Shown piece by piece: positions 1-10,888 of a DNA stretch of 64,000 nucleotides. A model generated the notes under the pieces. It searched no databases. It was not told the origin of the DNA and saw nothing but the letters and a program-made list of their open reading frames with translations. A program made the position numbers and the translations under genes. The first letter of the stretch is position 1. Each line of letters begins with the position of its first letter. The DNA lies in the NCBI RefSeq assembly GCF_000281045.1, contig NW_008246070.1, forward strand, positions 390,048-454,047. Direction: 5' to 3'. Origin of the DNA: Saprolegnia diclina VS20 (lineage: Eukaryota).

Positions 1-18
1 GTACACTGCTCTACCACG

Positions 19-1557
19 ATGATGACGACGCCCACCCCGATGCTTGGCTTCCTTGCGCTCTACATTCCGCGCACGAGGGCCAAATCCCAGCGCTACCTCG
101 CCGCCGGCTTACTCACGGCCATGCTCGTCCGCACCCTCGGGATGCGCCGCGTGCTTCTCGGCCTCCGCCCTTTTGCCTACAAGCTCTTGACAGCTGCCAA
201 GGCAGAGTACGACACGCAGCTTCGTCCGTTGCCTGACAATGTCGAGACCATCCAGACGCTGCAGGCGACAGTCGCCACCCAAGACACGACCATTGCCCAC
301 CTCACGACCAACGTCGCCGACCTCCACGAAGCCGCGCGGGTCCAGCGCGTCACTGCTACCGAGATCAGCGCCGACCTCAAGGTCCAAGTACACAATTTGA
401 AGATTCGACTGCACCGCACGACCGAGTGCGCGGCCCAAAACACCAAGGCGCTGCAGACCGTCGTCGCCTCCAAAGACGCAACGCTTGCCGCCAGAGACAA
501 TACGATCACCGAGCTCCGAGCCCAAGTCGCTGCGCTGCACGAAGCCGCTCGGGTCCAGCGTGTGACGGCTACAACCATCAGCGCCGACCTCAAGGTCGAG
601 CTCCACAATACCAAGATCCAGCTGCACCGCACCGAGGAGCGCGCGCAGCGCGACCTGACCGAGCTCCGCACCGCGTTCAGCACGCTCCAGCAAGAGCACC
701 GCGCACTCGACATAGCAGCGACCTCGACCGCCGCCGTGTCTGCAATACGACTGGCCCACGCCCAACAAGACAACGTGGCGGTCAAGGGTCTCGCTGCAGC
801 GGCCATTGCAACACTTGCCGACTGCCGACGAAAGCACCAACTGGAGATGAAAGCAGTCGCATCGGCCGCCAAACGCACCCAGATCCAGTTGTTTCAGTGC
901 AAGCGGGTCCTTGCAGCGGTCGCCGACGAGGCTGTCACGGCTCAGAACGCGCTCCGTCAAGTCACTGCCGAGCGCGACACGATGGCTGCCGCCAACGACC
1001 AACTCGCCTCCGAGCTGCGAGCGACCAAAACGCGGGTAGCAGCACTGGACGCCTCGTCGATGGCCGCTTTGGAGCGCGAGCACCAAGCTCGTCTGGACAC
1101 AAACCGGACGATGGACGAGCAGCGCACCGTTCATCACGAGCGACTGCAAGCAGCGAGAACGCAGCACCAAGCGCTCGACAACACGATGCAAACCATGGCA
1201 AACCGGCACGCTGCGCGTCTCGCAGAAGCCGCCGCGCACCTCGCCGACGCCGACGTCTGGCGTGCAAGAGCGCACGCAGCAAGAATATCGCAGCTGATCA
1301 TCCGCGACGTCCAGCAGCGCAAGCTGCAAGACCAGATCCGGACGCTGCAGATCGCTCTCGACACCGCCAACGCGAACCGCCAAGCCGACGATCAAGCCCA
1401 CGCGGTGGCCACCAGCGTCCTCGAAACAAGACACGAGCACGAGGTCCGGGTGCGGAACCAGGAGTATGCGGCCATGATGCTGCAGCGCGACCGGCGCATC
1501 CGTGACCTCGAGGCGACACGCCGGTTAGGTGGTGTATTTAGGAAAAAGAAGCGTTAG
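19..1557 (+). CDS. Lineage-specific coiled-coil protein (512 aa) with an internal 71-aa duplication and a polybasic C-terminus
   Basis: Intronless ORF with heptad-like A/L/Q/E/R composition. LHEAARVQRVTAT.ISADLKV..HN.KI.LHRT.E occurs twice. It ends RKKKR and is followed by an AT-richer 3' region. Confidence 0.7.
   Translation: MMTTPTPMLGFLALYIPRTRAKSQRYLAAGLLTAMLVRTLGMRRVLLGLRPFAYKLLTAAKAEYDTQLRPLPDNVETIQTLQATVATQDTTIAHLTTNVADLHEAARVQRVTATEISADLKVQVHNLKIRLHRTTECAAQNTKALQTVVASKDATLAARDNTITELRAQVAALHEAARVQRVTATTISADLKVELHNTKIQLHRTEERAQRDLTELRTAFSTLQQEHRALDIAATSTAAVSAIRLAHAQQDNVAVKGLAAAAIATLADCRRKHQLEMKAVASAAKRTQIQLFQCKRVLAAVADEAVTAQNALRQVTAERDTMAAANDQLASELRATKTRVAALDASSMAALEREHQARLDTNRTMDEQRTVHHERLQAARTQHQALDNTMQTMANRHAARLAEAAAHLADADVWRARAHAARISQLIIRDVQQRKLQDQIRTLQIALDTANANRQADDQAHAVATSVLETRHEHEVRVRNQEYAAMMLQRDRRIRDLEATRRLGGVFRKKKR
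283..648 (+). repeat. Intragenic tandem duplication, 213-nt period (copies about 283-435 and 496-648)
   Basis: gacacgaccatt...ctccacgaagccgcgcgggtccagcgcgtc versus gacaatacgatc...ctgcacgaagccgctcgggtccagcgtgtg, offset by 213 nt. Confidence 0.85.
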
Positions 1558-2084
1558 AGTCGACAGATAGGTAGGTAGTCAATAGCTAGTCGTTTAGTTG
1601 GTTAGATAGGTGTGAATCGTTGTCATGGTAATACAATTGTAGAAGAAACTACGAAAGGAACTAGCAACTTTCTCGCGACAATCTTCAAACTTCCTCGCAA
1701 CAACGTCGTGATAACGTTGCAACTGACTCACGACTAACTAAATATCAGCCAACGAACGACCGACTAGCGACCGGCTAACCACCATGTCGTGACCTCGCGA
1801 CGCACCAACTCTTGCATCACGATCGACTCGAGTCTCGCACCGCTTGTCCCACAGAACCCTTCATACAGTCCACGCTGCCCACGCTGTCGGGCTGATGACG
1901 ACCGCAAAGCCGTACGTCGAGACTACTCGTCGATCCTGGTCTCGATGGACGCGAGCCATCGTAGCGACGCTCGCTCCGTGGTTCCCCGCCAGGACGAGCA
2001 TCTTGCCATCTGTGATTGGTCGAAATTTGAGCTCCGGGTTTGTCTCCGGACGATTCGAGAACGATTTGGTTGCTGGACGACGGA

Positions 2085-3441
2085 ATGGGCACCGCCAACA
2101 GCAAAGACGCGCGGCCCGCCAACAGCTCGACCTCGGCGAATGCTGCGAATGAGACCGCATCGATGGCCGAGACGGCGCTGGACATCGTCCTTACGGGCCT
2201 CATGGTGTACACGTCGTACCGCTGCGCCGACTACCTTGTCAAGGTAGACAGGCGATCTGCTGACCTCGCCTCATGCGCCTGCAACGTAGAGCATGGGCCC
2301 CATGCTCGATGACTTTTGGAGCGGCAGCGCAAGCAAGGCCAAGCTGAAGCGCCGCCTCCAAAAGGCGCAACGGCCCGTCTTTAGCATGAACCACTACGAG
2401 TCGATCATCGCCGGCGACCTCGTGGACCCGAGCGAGCTCGGCGTTGGCTTTGACGACATTGGCGGCCTCGAAGACCAAAAGCGCGAGCTGCACGACCTCG
2501 TAGTATTGCCGCTCCAGTCGCCCGAGTATTTTCAGTCCAAGCTCCTCTCGGTGCCCAACGGGATTCTGCTCTATGGCCGGCCGGGCACGGGCAAGACGCT
2601 CCTCGCAAAGGCCATTGCGAAGGAGTCGGGCGCGTTCTTCATCAACCTCAAGATCTCGACGCTCATGAGCAAGTGGTTTGGCGAGTCCCAGAAGCTCGTC
2701 AAGGCCGCGTTCTCGCTCGCGCAGAAGCTCAGCCCGTGCATCATCTTTATCGACGAGGTCGACTCGTTCATGGGCGCGCGCTCGAGCGGTGCGTCCGACC
2801 CGACGTACAACTCGATGAAGACCGAGTTTATGGCGCTCTGGGATGGCTTTGTCGAGAACTCGCCCAACGGCGGCTTTGGCGTCATCGTGCTTGGAGCGAC
2901 GAACCGACCGGCCGACGTCGTACGACACCGTCTCAGTCTACTAGATCTGGGTTCTCACTCTGATGTGTAGGACGCGGCCTTTCTCCGCCGCATGCCCCGC
3001 ACGTTTGAGGTAGAGCTCCCGAACGCCCAGCAGCGCGAGGCGATCCTCACCGTCCATCTCCGCGGCGAAGCGCTCGGAAATGACGTCAAGTTGGCGCAGT
3101 TGGCGCGCGAGACGGAGAACTACAGCGGGAGCGACCTCAAGGAGCTCTGCCGTGCCGCACTCATGCTGCCTGTGCGCGAGCACATTGAGACATGCCGCGA
3201 GCATTTGCGCGCCAAGCGTCCGCCGCCGAGTGACGTTGCGCGCCGCCCGCTCTCGCGCCGTGACTTTGACATGGCCAAGAAGCGCGTGCAGGCCACGGGC
3301 GAGACAGCGTACGCGTACGCGGCAGCCAATGAGCCGCAGCAAGGACCGCCGATGATGACGCCCGAGATGGTCGCGATGATGGCCATGGGCATGCAGCACT
3401 TTATGCAAGCGGCCGCGCGTGGCCAAAACAACAACCACTAG
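2085..3441 (+). CDS. ATAD1: ATAD1/Msp1-like AAA+ ATPase; 3 exons (2085-2243, 2290-2919, 2971-3441)
   Basis: N-terminal hydrophobic anchor, FDDIGGLE, Walker A GRPGTGKT, KWFGESQK, Walker B IIFIDEVD, EFMALWDG, VLGATNRP.DVDAAFLRRMP and YSGSDLKELC. GT-AG introns of 46 and 51 nt restore the frame. Confidence 0.9.
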
Positions 3442-3496
3442 AAGGCGTAGAGTAGTAGAAGGTATGTACTAGACGACTAAGGAGCATTCCGCAACG

Positions 3497-4524
3497 CTAC
3501 GGTTGGTCGGGCTTTTTGAGGAGGCTGAGCGCCGAGATGTTGCGCTTCACCGGGCGGCGGAGAGGCGGCGACGACGCCACGAGGACGAGGCGCTTCTTGG
3601 CTGCCGGACGCTGCGGTCGGTCGGGCGTCTTCATGACCATGGGCTGGAGCTTGGCGGGCGGTGGTGGCTCGTTGGCGGCCCGAGGCGAGTCGAACTCGGA
3701 CTGACTCCTCGGGACCGGGAGCGACGTCGACCTGTTGAGCAGAGTGCTCTTGACAAGTGGCTTGACCGTTGGCAGCAGAAATTCTTTGAACGAGCCGAGC
3801 TGTTGGACGGGCTACACGTTGAGCAGTGAGATACGACTGCTGTCTTGCTGTAGGAAGGACCAGTGGGTTGGTCGCGGCCGTGTGCGACGTGGCCTCTTGG
3901 CTCAACACGGCAGCGATGACATAGTCATTGCTCGACTGCCGCGTCATGGGCTCCTTCACGAGCTCCTTGGGTAGCGTGAGGGGCAGCTTTAACGCCTGCA
4001 AACCGCATAAGCACCGAGGCGAACCGTGCAAGTCATCAAACCGGGGCCGGCTTGGACTCCGTCGCTTCGATCTCCAGCTCCTTCAAAAGCCGCTTGATTG
4101 TCTTGGGCACGAGACGCTGGAACCTTGACGCGATCGTGTCGAGGACAAACCACGAAAACGCCGAATGTTCATGATGCAGCTGCTCGTGGCTGCTGCTCTG
4201 CATCGAGGCAGCGTCCATGGTCATCGCCAAGAGCGAGAGCAGCGACACGAGCTCCTTCTTCTGCACCTTGGACCATGGGTCTTCTTTCGCAACCGCTTGC
4301 AGCGCCAAGCGACAGAGCACCTGCAGTTGGAGCAGCGCCAGCTTGTTCGCGGGCACGTCCTTGCCCTTGAACGTTGCTGCGGGCAGGAGAAGCTGGGCGA
4401 GGCCATCCGAAGCCGCCTGAGACTTGGCCAGCGCGACGCACGCGTCGGCGAACGCGGCCGTCTTGTCGTCGCTCGGCGTGCCCGTCGCCGCTGCGGCGTA
4501 GAGCGCTCTCACGCCTTTCGCCAT
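3497..4524 (-). CDS. Probable compact Sld3/Treslin (TICRR)-like replication initiation factor; 3 exons (4524-4042, 3995-about 3862, about 3812-3497)
   Basis: Exon 1 has QLQVLCRL...ELVSLLSLL...FVLDTIASRFQRLVPKTIKRLLKEL, resembling the C-terminal part of the Sld3/Treslin domain. The spliced last exon has MVMKTPDR...VLVASSPP, like the paired CDK sites. There is a 46-nt intron at 4041-3996; the second donor is uncertain. Confidence 0.6.
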
Positions 4525-4538
4525 CGTTTCACAAGCAG

Positions 4539-5063
4539 CCGGCGAAAGGCGCCAATTCGGATAAGTCCGACTTGAACCAGCTAGCCAGGCGCGAAACCGT
4601 TAAGCGAAACCGGTTCCTACGTCCACAAAACGTGACTTCGACGACGCCTCCGTGCATTGACGCTCGCCGTACCGAAGGAAGATCGCTGCATCTTGTCTAT
4701 TTGGTGTTTTTAGCGCTTGGACGACGTTCATAGCTGCATGGACCTCGGTTCGCCAGGCCTGCCCAAAGTCCCGCCAAAAGTTGGGTGCAATTAGACACTC
4801 TTTGCTCATATTGTGTTGCCAATACTGGTAGCACCGCCGCCAAAGGAGGTTGCGCGCCCGCAACTGCACGCATGTACCCTTATGCTTGAAGAGGCTAGCG
4901 CGCTTGATGGCGTCGGCGCTCTAAGGATGTGCCGTCTCGACCACGAACCGCATCGTGGGGCTCCTGGGCCATTCCTACTAAGTACGGTCTGCAAACGGCC
5001 CATACACAAGGCAAGTGGTTTCTCTCAAGTACGCAGCGTACTTGCGCGAGCGCGATTTGGCGG
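4539..5063. promoter_or_regulatory. Bidirectional promoter with several E2F-like sites
   Basis: GCGCGAAA 4589-4596, CCCGCCAAAA 4770-4779, CCGCCAAA 4837-4844, TTTGGCGG 5056-5063 and GGCGCCAA 4548-4555 lie between the divergent ATGs at 4524 and 5090. Confidence 0.55.
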
Positions 5064-5089
5064 CAACGATCCATTTTGGGTTGGCGGCC

Positions 5090-7459
5090 ATGGAGGACGA
5101 GACGTATGCTGACGAGACGACGACGTCGGGCGTCGTCATGGCGGTCCACATCCGCCACAAGAAGACGCAGAACGAAGTCGGCGTCGCCGTGCGCCGGCCC
5201 CGCGCCCGCAACTCGTGCATCCGCAACGCCGACGGCGAGGACAAGAACCAGTGGGAGCTCGTTTTGTACGCGTTCACGGACTGCAACCAGCTCTCGACGC
5301 TCGACAACCTCCTCGTGCAGGTGAGCCCGACCGAGTGCATCGTCTCGGACACGAGCAACGACGCCGAGGCCAAGCCGCTGCGCCTGCTATTGCAGGCCCA
5401 CTCGATCGAGCGTGTGGTCGCACCCAAGGCCCGTTTCAAGCACGTGGCGTCGGTCATGGAAACCCATCTTTGCCGCTTGCTAGGCGTCTCGTCTGTCCTC
5501 GCCTCGCACCGCCACGAGCTCGAGATGGACCTCGCGATGGGCGCGCTGAACTGCGTGCTCGACTCGCTCTCGATTCTCATGGACACCGATGGATTCGGAA
5601 CGTACTCGCTCTCGATCGGCGACATGGACTCGTTCTTGCAGCTCGACCGCGCCGCTTTGACGGCGCTTAACCTTCTGCCCGACCCGCTTCTCGCGGGTAA
5701 CACGACCATCTCGAATGGCAGCATCCTCGAGCTCCTCAACCGCGGCAAGACCGCGATGGGCAAACGCCTCCTCGAGCGCTGGATCCGCATGCCCCTCGTC
5801 GACGCTGACCAGATCAATGCGCGCCAAGACGTGGTCGAGCTCTTTGTCGATGAGTCCAGTCTGCGCATGGAGCTTCTCGACGAGTGCATGAAGTCGATGC
5901 CGGACCTCGAGAAGCTTGCGCTCGCGCTCGACAAGCAAAAGAACGTCAAACTGGACGCACTCGTGGCTGTCTACGACGCTGCCAAGTACGTCTTGCCACG
6001 TGTGCTCGAGGCCATTCGCCCGCACGAGCGGCTCGAAGCAACGTTCACGACGCCGCTCGCCAAGGTCGTCGACGACTGCGCCGGGTACATTTCGCTCATC
6101 GAGGAGCTCGTCGACTTGAACGCGCGGCCGCACGTGACAGTGAACGCCAAGCACGACCCAGCGCTCATGGAACTCAAGCGCAGCATGCAAGACACCGAGG
6201 CTGAGATCCAAGACGAGCATGAGCGCGCCCGTGACGAGATTGGCGGCGACATCAAGTGCGAGAAGGACAAGGTCCGCGGCTTTGTCTTCCGCATCATCGA
6301 CAAGAAGCAGGAGGAGCGTGTGTCCAAAGTCAAAGGCGTCCACATCTGCCAAGTGCTCACGAACGGCTTCTACTTTGTCACGCCGACGCTCAAGTCGCTC
6401 GCCAAAGACCACAGGGGCTTTGTGACCGAGTACGAGGCGCGCCAAGCGCACATTCTGTCGGCGGCGATCGAGGTCGCGGCCACGTACGTGCCGGTCGTCG
6501 AGTCGGCCGCGAAGCTGCTCGCCGCCCTCGATGTGCTCCTCGGCTTTGCCCACGTGGCGTCCCACGCGAGCTATAGCCGCCCGATCCTCGGGACGTCGGC
6601 CGTCGCCCTTCAGCATGCGCGGCACCCGTGCGTCGAGCTCCAAGACGGCGTCGAGTACATCCCCAACAACATTGAAATGGACGCTACGAACTCGCGCTTC
6701 CAGCTGCTCACGGGGCCCAACATGGGCGGCAAGTCGACGTACATTCGATCGCTCGGCGCGATTGCTGTCATGGCGCAGATAGGCAGCTTTGTGCCAGCCA
6801 CCTCGGCCATGGTACACTTGTGTGTTGCTTTGCTAATCCTCATGGCGTTGACGTAGCTGCCCATCATGGACCGTCTCCTCGTGCGCGTGGGTGCTGGCGA
6901 CATGCAGCAGCGCGGCGTCTCGACGTTCATGCTCGAGATGCTCGAGGCGTCCGTCATTTGCAAAAAAGCCACGTCCAAGTCGCTCGTCATCATCGACGAG
7001 CTCGGCCGCGGGACGTCGACGTACGATGGCTTTGGGCTTGCGTGGGCCATTTCCGAGCACCTCTTGTCGCGCGGCTGCTGGTGCGTCTTTGCGACGCACT
7101 TCCACGAGCTCACGGCGCTCGCGAGTGGCCAGACGCATGCCGGCATCGTCAACAAGCACGTGACGGCCGTGACGACCGACGACTCGATCGCGATGGTCTA
7201 CGAGGTCCGCGACGGGCCGTGCCTCGAGAGCTTTGGGATCTACGTGGCCGAGATGGCGGGCTTCCCCAAGGACGTGGTCGCGCACGCCAAGCGCAAGGCG
7301 AAGGAGCTCGAGCACTTTGAGATGCCCAACCCGCTCAAGAAGAAGACGCGGACCGACCCGATTGGGTTCCGCGCGGCGTTTGCGTCGCTGCCGCTCGCTA
7401 CAATGAGCGACGCCGAGGTCGTTGTTGCCGTCAACCAGCTCCTCGACTCGACGGCCTAG
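5090..7459 (+). CDS. MSH2: DNA mismatch repair protein MSH2; 2 exons (5090-6811, 6857-7459), about 774 aa
   Basis: [36 protein letters not shown]-loop [52 protein letters not shown] and [13 protein letters not shown]. One 45-nt GT-AG intron. Confidence 0.93.
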
Positions 7460-7604
7460 TCGACTGCGAATGATGGACAAGTTGTCTTATATGGTCGATC
7501 AGATGGTGCAAGCGAGCGGCGAGTTGGGCAGCAAGTGAGGACGAGGATAGCACGAGAAAGTACAGCACTGTCGTCAATATAGTAATATCTATTCCTGTCC
7601 CATC

Positions 7605-8942
7605 TTAAAAGAGCGGCCGCGTCTGCGTCTGGCGCTTGGCGCCCAGCCGGTCAAACTGCGAGATCATCGAGGTCGTGCGCGCGGCGAGGTCCTTGGTCTT
7701 GGTGATGACCTGGCGGTAGACCGAGTCGACGCGCGGGTCCATGACGATCACGTCGCGCTGCGAGTCGATCTTGGCGTCGAGGCGGGCGTGGCGGATGAGG
7801 TCGACGATCCAGCGCTCGGCGTCGCCCTTCTCGTTCATCGCGAGCTTCTCGGCGAGGAGCGAGATGTCGATGGTTTCGTGGATGCGGCAGTAGATCTCGA
7901 AGCTCAGGAGACGCGCGTTCTCCATGAAGTCGGCCATGTTCTTCTCGTAGAGGAAAAAGTCGGACGCGAGCACGTTCTTGCACTCGAGGAGCTGGACCTG
8001 CGCGAGCTCAAAGTCAAAATGCACGTAGAGGCACTCGATGAACTCGATGATCGGGTCGCGGTACGCCTTGGCGTCGACCTGCACGATGCGCAAGAGCTCC
8101 TTGATGAGGTGGCGGCGCTTCTTGTGGAGGATGACGCCGGCCGCGAGGTACCGCATGAGCCACGGCGCGTTCGTCTGGATCGCCTCGAGGCAGCGGCTCT
8201 GCAGCATAAAGTCCACGATGGCGTCGCGGCCGTCTTCGTGCCATGCAAACACAAAGAGCGACCAGTGGAGAAGCCACGTGCGCATCTGCAGCTGCTCGAG
8301 CGGGGCCTTGCCGCTGGCGTCGATGGCTTCGTTGAGGCGCGTAATGTCGGCGAGCGCGTCTTCCCACCGGAAGATGAGGATCTCGGCCGCGAGCTTACCC
8401 CAGAGCGCGTTCATGTACTTGTCCGAGCCCGTGGGCACGAGGAGGCCATAGTACGTCAGGTACGTCAACGCGTCCTGGTAGTTGCCGCACTCGTACTGGA
8501 GCTTGGCGTACGTGTAGAGGCCTTCCAAGACGGAAGAGGTCACGCCATGGTGCTGCTCGAGATAGACCGCGGTCAGGAGGCTGTCGTTCTGGAGCGCCAT
8601 GACCTTCTCCTGGTTGTCGAGCAAGTCCAAGATCGGCTTGCACGAGGCCTTGGCGGCGCTGACCGCCTCCAGGATCGCCTTGCGGCGCTGCTCAAACTCA
8701 GCGGGCACCTTGGCGGCGCCGTGGAGCGACTGGTAGATCTCGACGGCAAAGTCGGTCATGCTCGTGGGCTTCAAGAGGTCGAGCTTGGCCGCGAGGAGCT
8801 GCTTCTCGTCGTACATCTCGTTCGTCGTGAGGAACTCGATGAGCGGGAACATGAAGTGGAGGTCCATGAAGGGCGCGACCGTGTTGGTGAGGTCGTACTT
8901 GGCCATCGCGACGCCGTCGCCGTGCTTGGTCGTCTCCGCCAT
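7605..8942 (-). CDS. EIF3E: Eukaryotic translation initiation factor 3 subunit E (INT6)
   Basis: AKYDLT..VAPFMDLHFMFPLIEFL, YAKLQYECGNY, ALWGKLAAEIL, QMRTWLLHWSLFVF and a PCI domain (FMENARLLSFEIYCRIH...AERWIVDLIRHARLDAKIDS). Confidence 0.96.
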   Translation of the reverse strand: MAETTKHGDGVAMAKYDLTNTVAPFMDLHFMFPLIEFLTTNEMYDEKQLLAAKLDLLKPTSMTDFAVEIYQSLHGAAKVPAEFEQRRKAILEAVSAAKASCKPILDLLDNQEKVMALQNDSLLTAVYLEQHHGVTSSVLEGLYTYAKLQYECGNYQDALTYLTYYGLLVPTGSDKYMNALWGKLAAEILIFRWEDALADITRLNEAIDASGKAPLEQLQMRTWLLHWSLFVFAWHEDGRDAIVDFMLQSRCLEAIQTNAPWLMRYLAAGVILHKKRRHLIKELLRIVQVDAKAYRDPIIEFIECLYVHFDFELAQVQLLECKNVLASDFFLYEKNMADFMENARLLSFEIYCRIHETIDISLLAEKLAMNEKGDAERWIVDLIRHARLDAKIDSQRDVIVMDPRVDSVYRQVITKTKDLAARTTSMISQFDRLGAKRQTQTRPLF

Positions 8943-9920
8943 CTTGCTTGCTGCGACTGAAAATGAGATTGAAAGTCGACTTCACCACTGGCTGCAAGCC
9001 AACCAACAGTGCAATATCTTGGCTTCAGTATGCTTTTCACGCGCCGCGCGCTGATTGGACATTGGCATGCCCATTACTGCGAGACTCGATATCGGATCAT
9101 AGAGACTGTCCGCCGACACGGACGCGGCCGACGCCTAGTCGCCACCACCTCGTCGTCCTACATCTTTCAAACTAACTTTAAGGTCTAATATACGCTTCGC
9201 ACGGTATCTAGCCATCACTAGTTAGTACATATGTCGCATTCGATTGAACTGCTTTGGCTCGGGTTGACGCAAGGTCATGCTGCTCGAAACGCCATTCCTT
9301 ACGGGGGTGACCCAAGCAGCAAAGTACTAGTGGACGACTGCATGAGGTGACTAAGTCTCGTTGGCGCCGCGAGTGCTCAAATACATATGCGCAACGGGTC
9401 GACTTAGCTGTCTACGCGGCTCGCTCCGTGGAGCCAAGGGTAGTAAGCTCGGTTGCGAGAGCTGTTGCTTAGTAGGACCATGGATGCTCGACCGACTATT
9501 GAGCCACTTTATCGCATCAATGCTGGACGCGACGCTACCTTACCGACTGGGGGGCCGTCGATTGCTATGGCGTTGCTTCCGGATCGTACGGATAAAGATT
9601 GTGTTGAAGTCGAGGTTGCACGTTGCGACACGAGAGATACAACTACTACGACTACAAGTAGTTAGTTATTGTAGCGACTCGCGTCCTTAGGGACCACCAA
9701 AGACCCGTTGCTCGCCACCAAGTCCATCAACATGCTCCAACGTCGGCGACCACAGTGTCAGATTACCAGTACGTCGTTCTATGCGGATGCCGTCGCTTCA
9801 TTTGGCAATAATGTCTTGACGAACGGTCGAGAGCTATTTGGTCATACGCTCGAGAGCAGCTCAAGTTCGTGGTCGCCAGTACTACTAGACCGAAGAGACA
9901 AGTCGAAAAATGATTGAGAT

Positions 9921-10715
9921 CTAGTCCGAGTCACTACTGCTATCGCCATCCGAGTAGTTGGCGACAAGACCGAGACCGGTGCTGGTCGTTTTGATGGTTT
10001 TCTGCTTCTTCTTTGGCTGCGTCGATGCGGTTCCCTTGGATGCAGCTTTTTTGGGCTTGGCTTTGACGACGACGACTGGCGCCAACTTCTTCTCAGCCGT
10101 CGGCAATACGACAGCCGCGACCTTCTTTGTTTGCGCCAGCGTATCCTTCTTGGCCATGACTAGAGATGCAGAGGTAAGACGCCATGCGATATCGTGCTGT
10201 GTACCAAACTGGGCGAGGTCCGTGTCGTGCTGGCGCTTGAGCCCGTCTGCTACGCTTTTTTGCTGGTCCTCGAGCGCCCGAAGAAACTCGATTTCTTCAT
10301 CGTCGAGGCCCTTTGGTGGCGCTACCATACGTCGTATACGTTGCCGTCGGGTCTCGAACCGAAGACCTACCGAACGGGTTGTTCTTCTCCTTCCACTCGG
10401 CGTCGCGCTGGTCCTTCATCTCCTTGAGACGATCGTAAAGCGGGCGCGCGTCCGAGATGGCAACGGCCGCTGCCTCGGGCTTGTCCGAGATGCGGGTCTC
10501 TTCCACGTTGTCGCCAAAGAGCTACAATATGCCATCACGTCGCAGGTGCATGTGCATGGACGTACCCCGTCCGACGAGGAGAGCACAGCCGTCGAGACGA
10601 AGCCAGCGATGGGCTTGGAGCGCGGCCGTGCGAGAGGATCCGCCGGCTCGGCGAGGCCCAGGCCCGCAGCCTCGGTCGGGAATTTGCTCGTGACGCTGCT
10701 GGTCGGAGCGGCCAT
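9921..10715 (-). CDS. FAM192A/PSME3IP1 (NIP30/Fyv6)-like nuclear protein; 2-3 introns
   Basis: After splicing: FVSTAVL..., RPLYDRLKEMKDQRDAEW, PKGLDDEEIEFL, and a C-terminal GLGLVANYSDGDSSSDSD typical of this family. Confidence 0.75.
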
Positions 10716-10888
10716 GAGGGATCGTGTCTGGTCACTGGCAGAAATGCATTTTTCTTGTTCATGTCGCAAAGTAAGCGCTCGCTATTGCTTGAATGAAAAG
10801 TGTTATATAACGCTTAAGTAAGCGCAAACGAAGCGCCGCAGCCAATCAATTCGCAGCGATTCCGAGCCATCCTCTGAAATCGACGACC

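Noticed and set aside
1763..2009. Minus-strand frame MARCSSW...IDE*SRR...TTWWLAGR with one internal stop
   Set aside because: It is short, has no homology cues and overlaps the ATAD1 promoter (CCAAT); a pseudogene or readthrough cannot be supported.
9180..9917. Small ORFs between EIF3E and the FAM192A-like gene
   Set aside because: They have non-ATG starts, atypical codon usage and no motifs.
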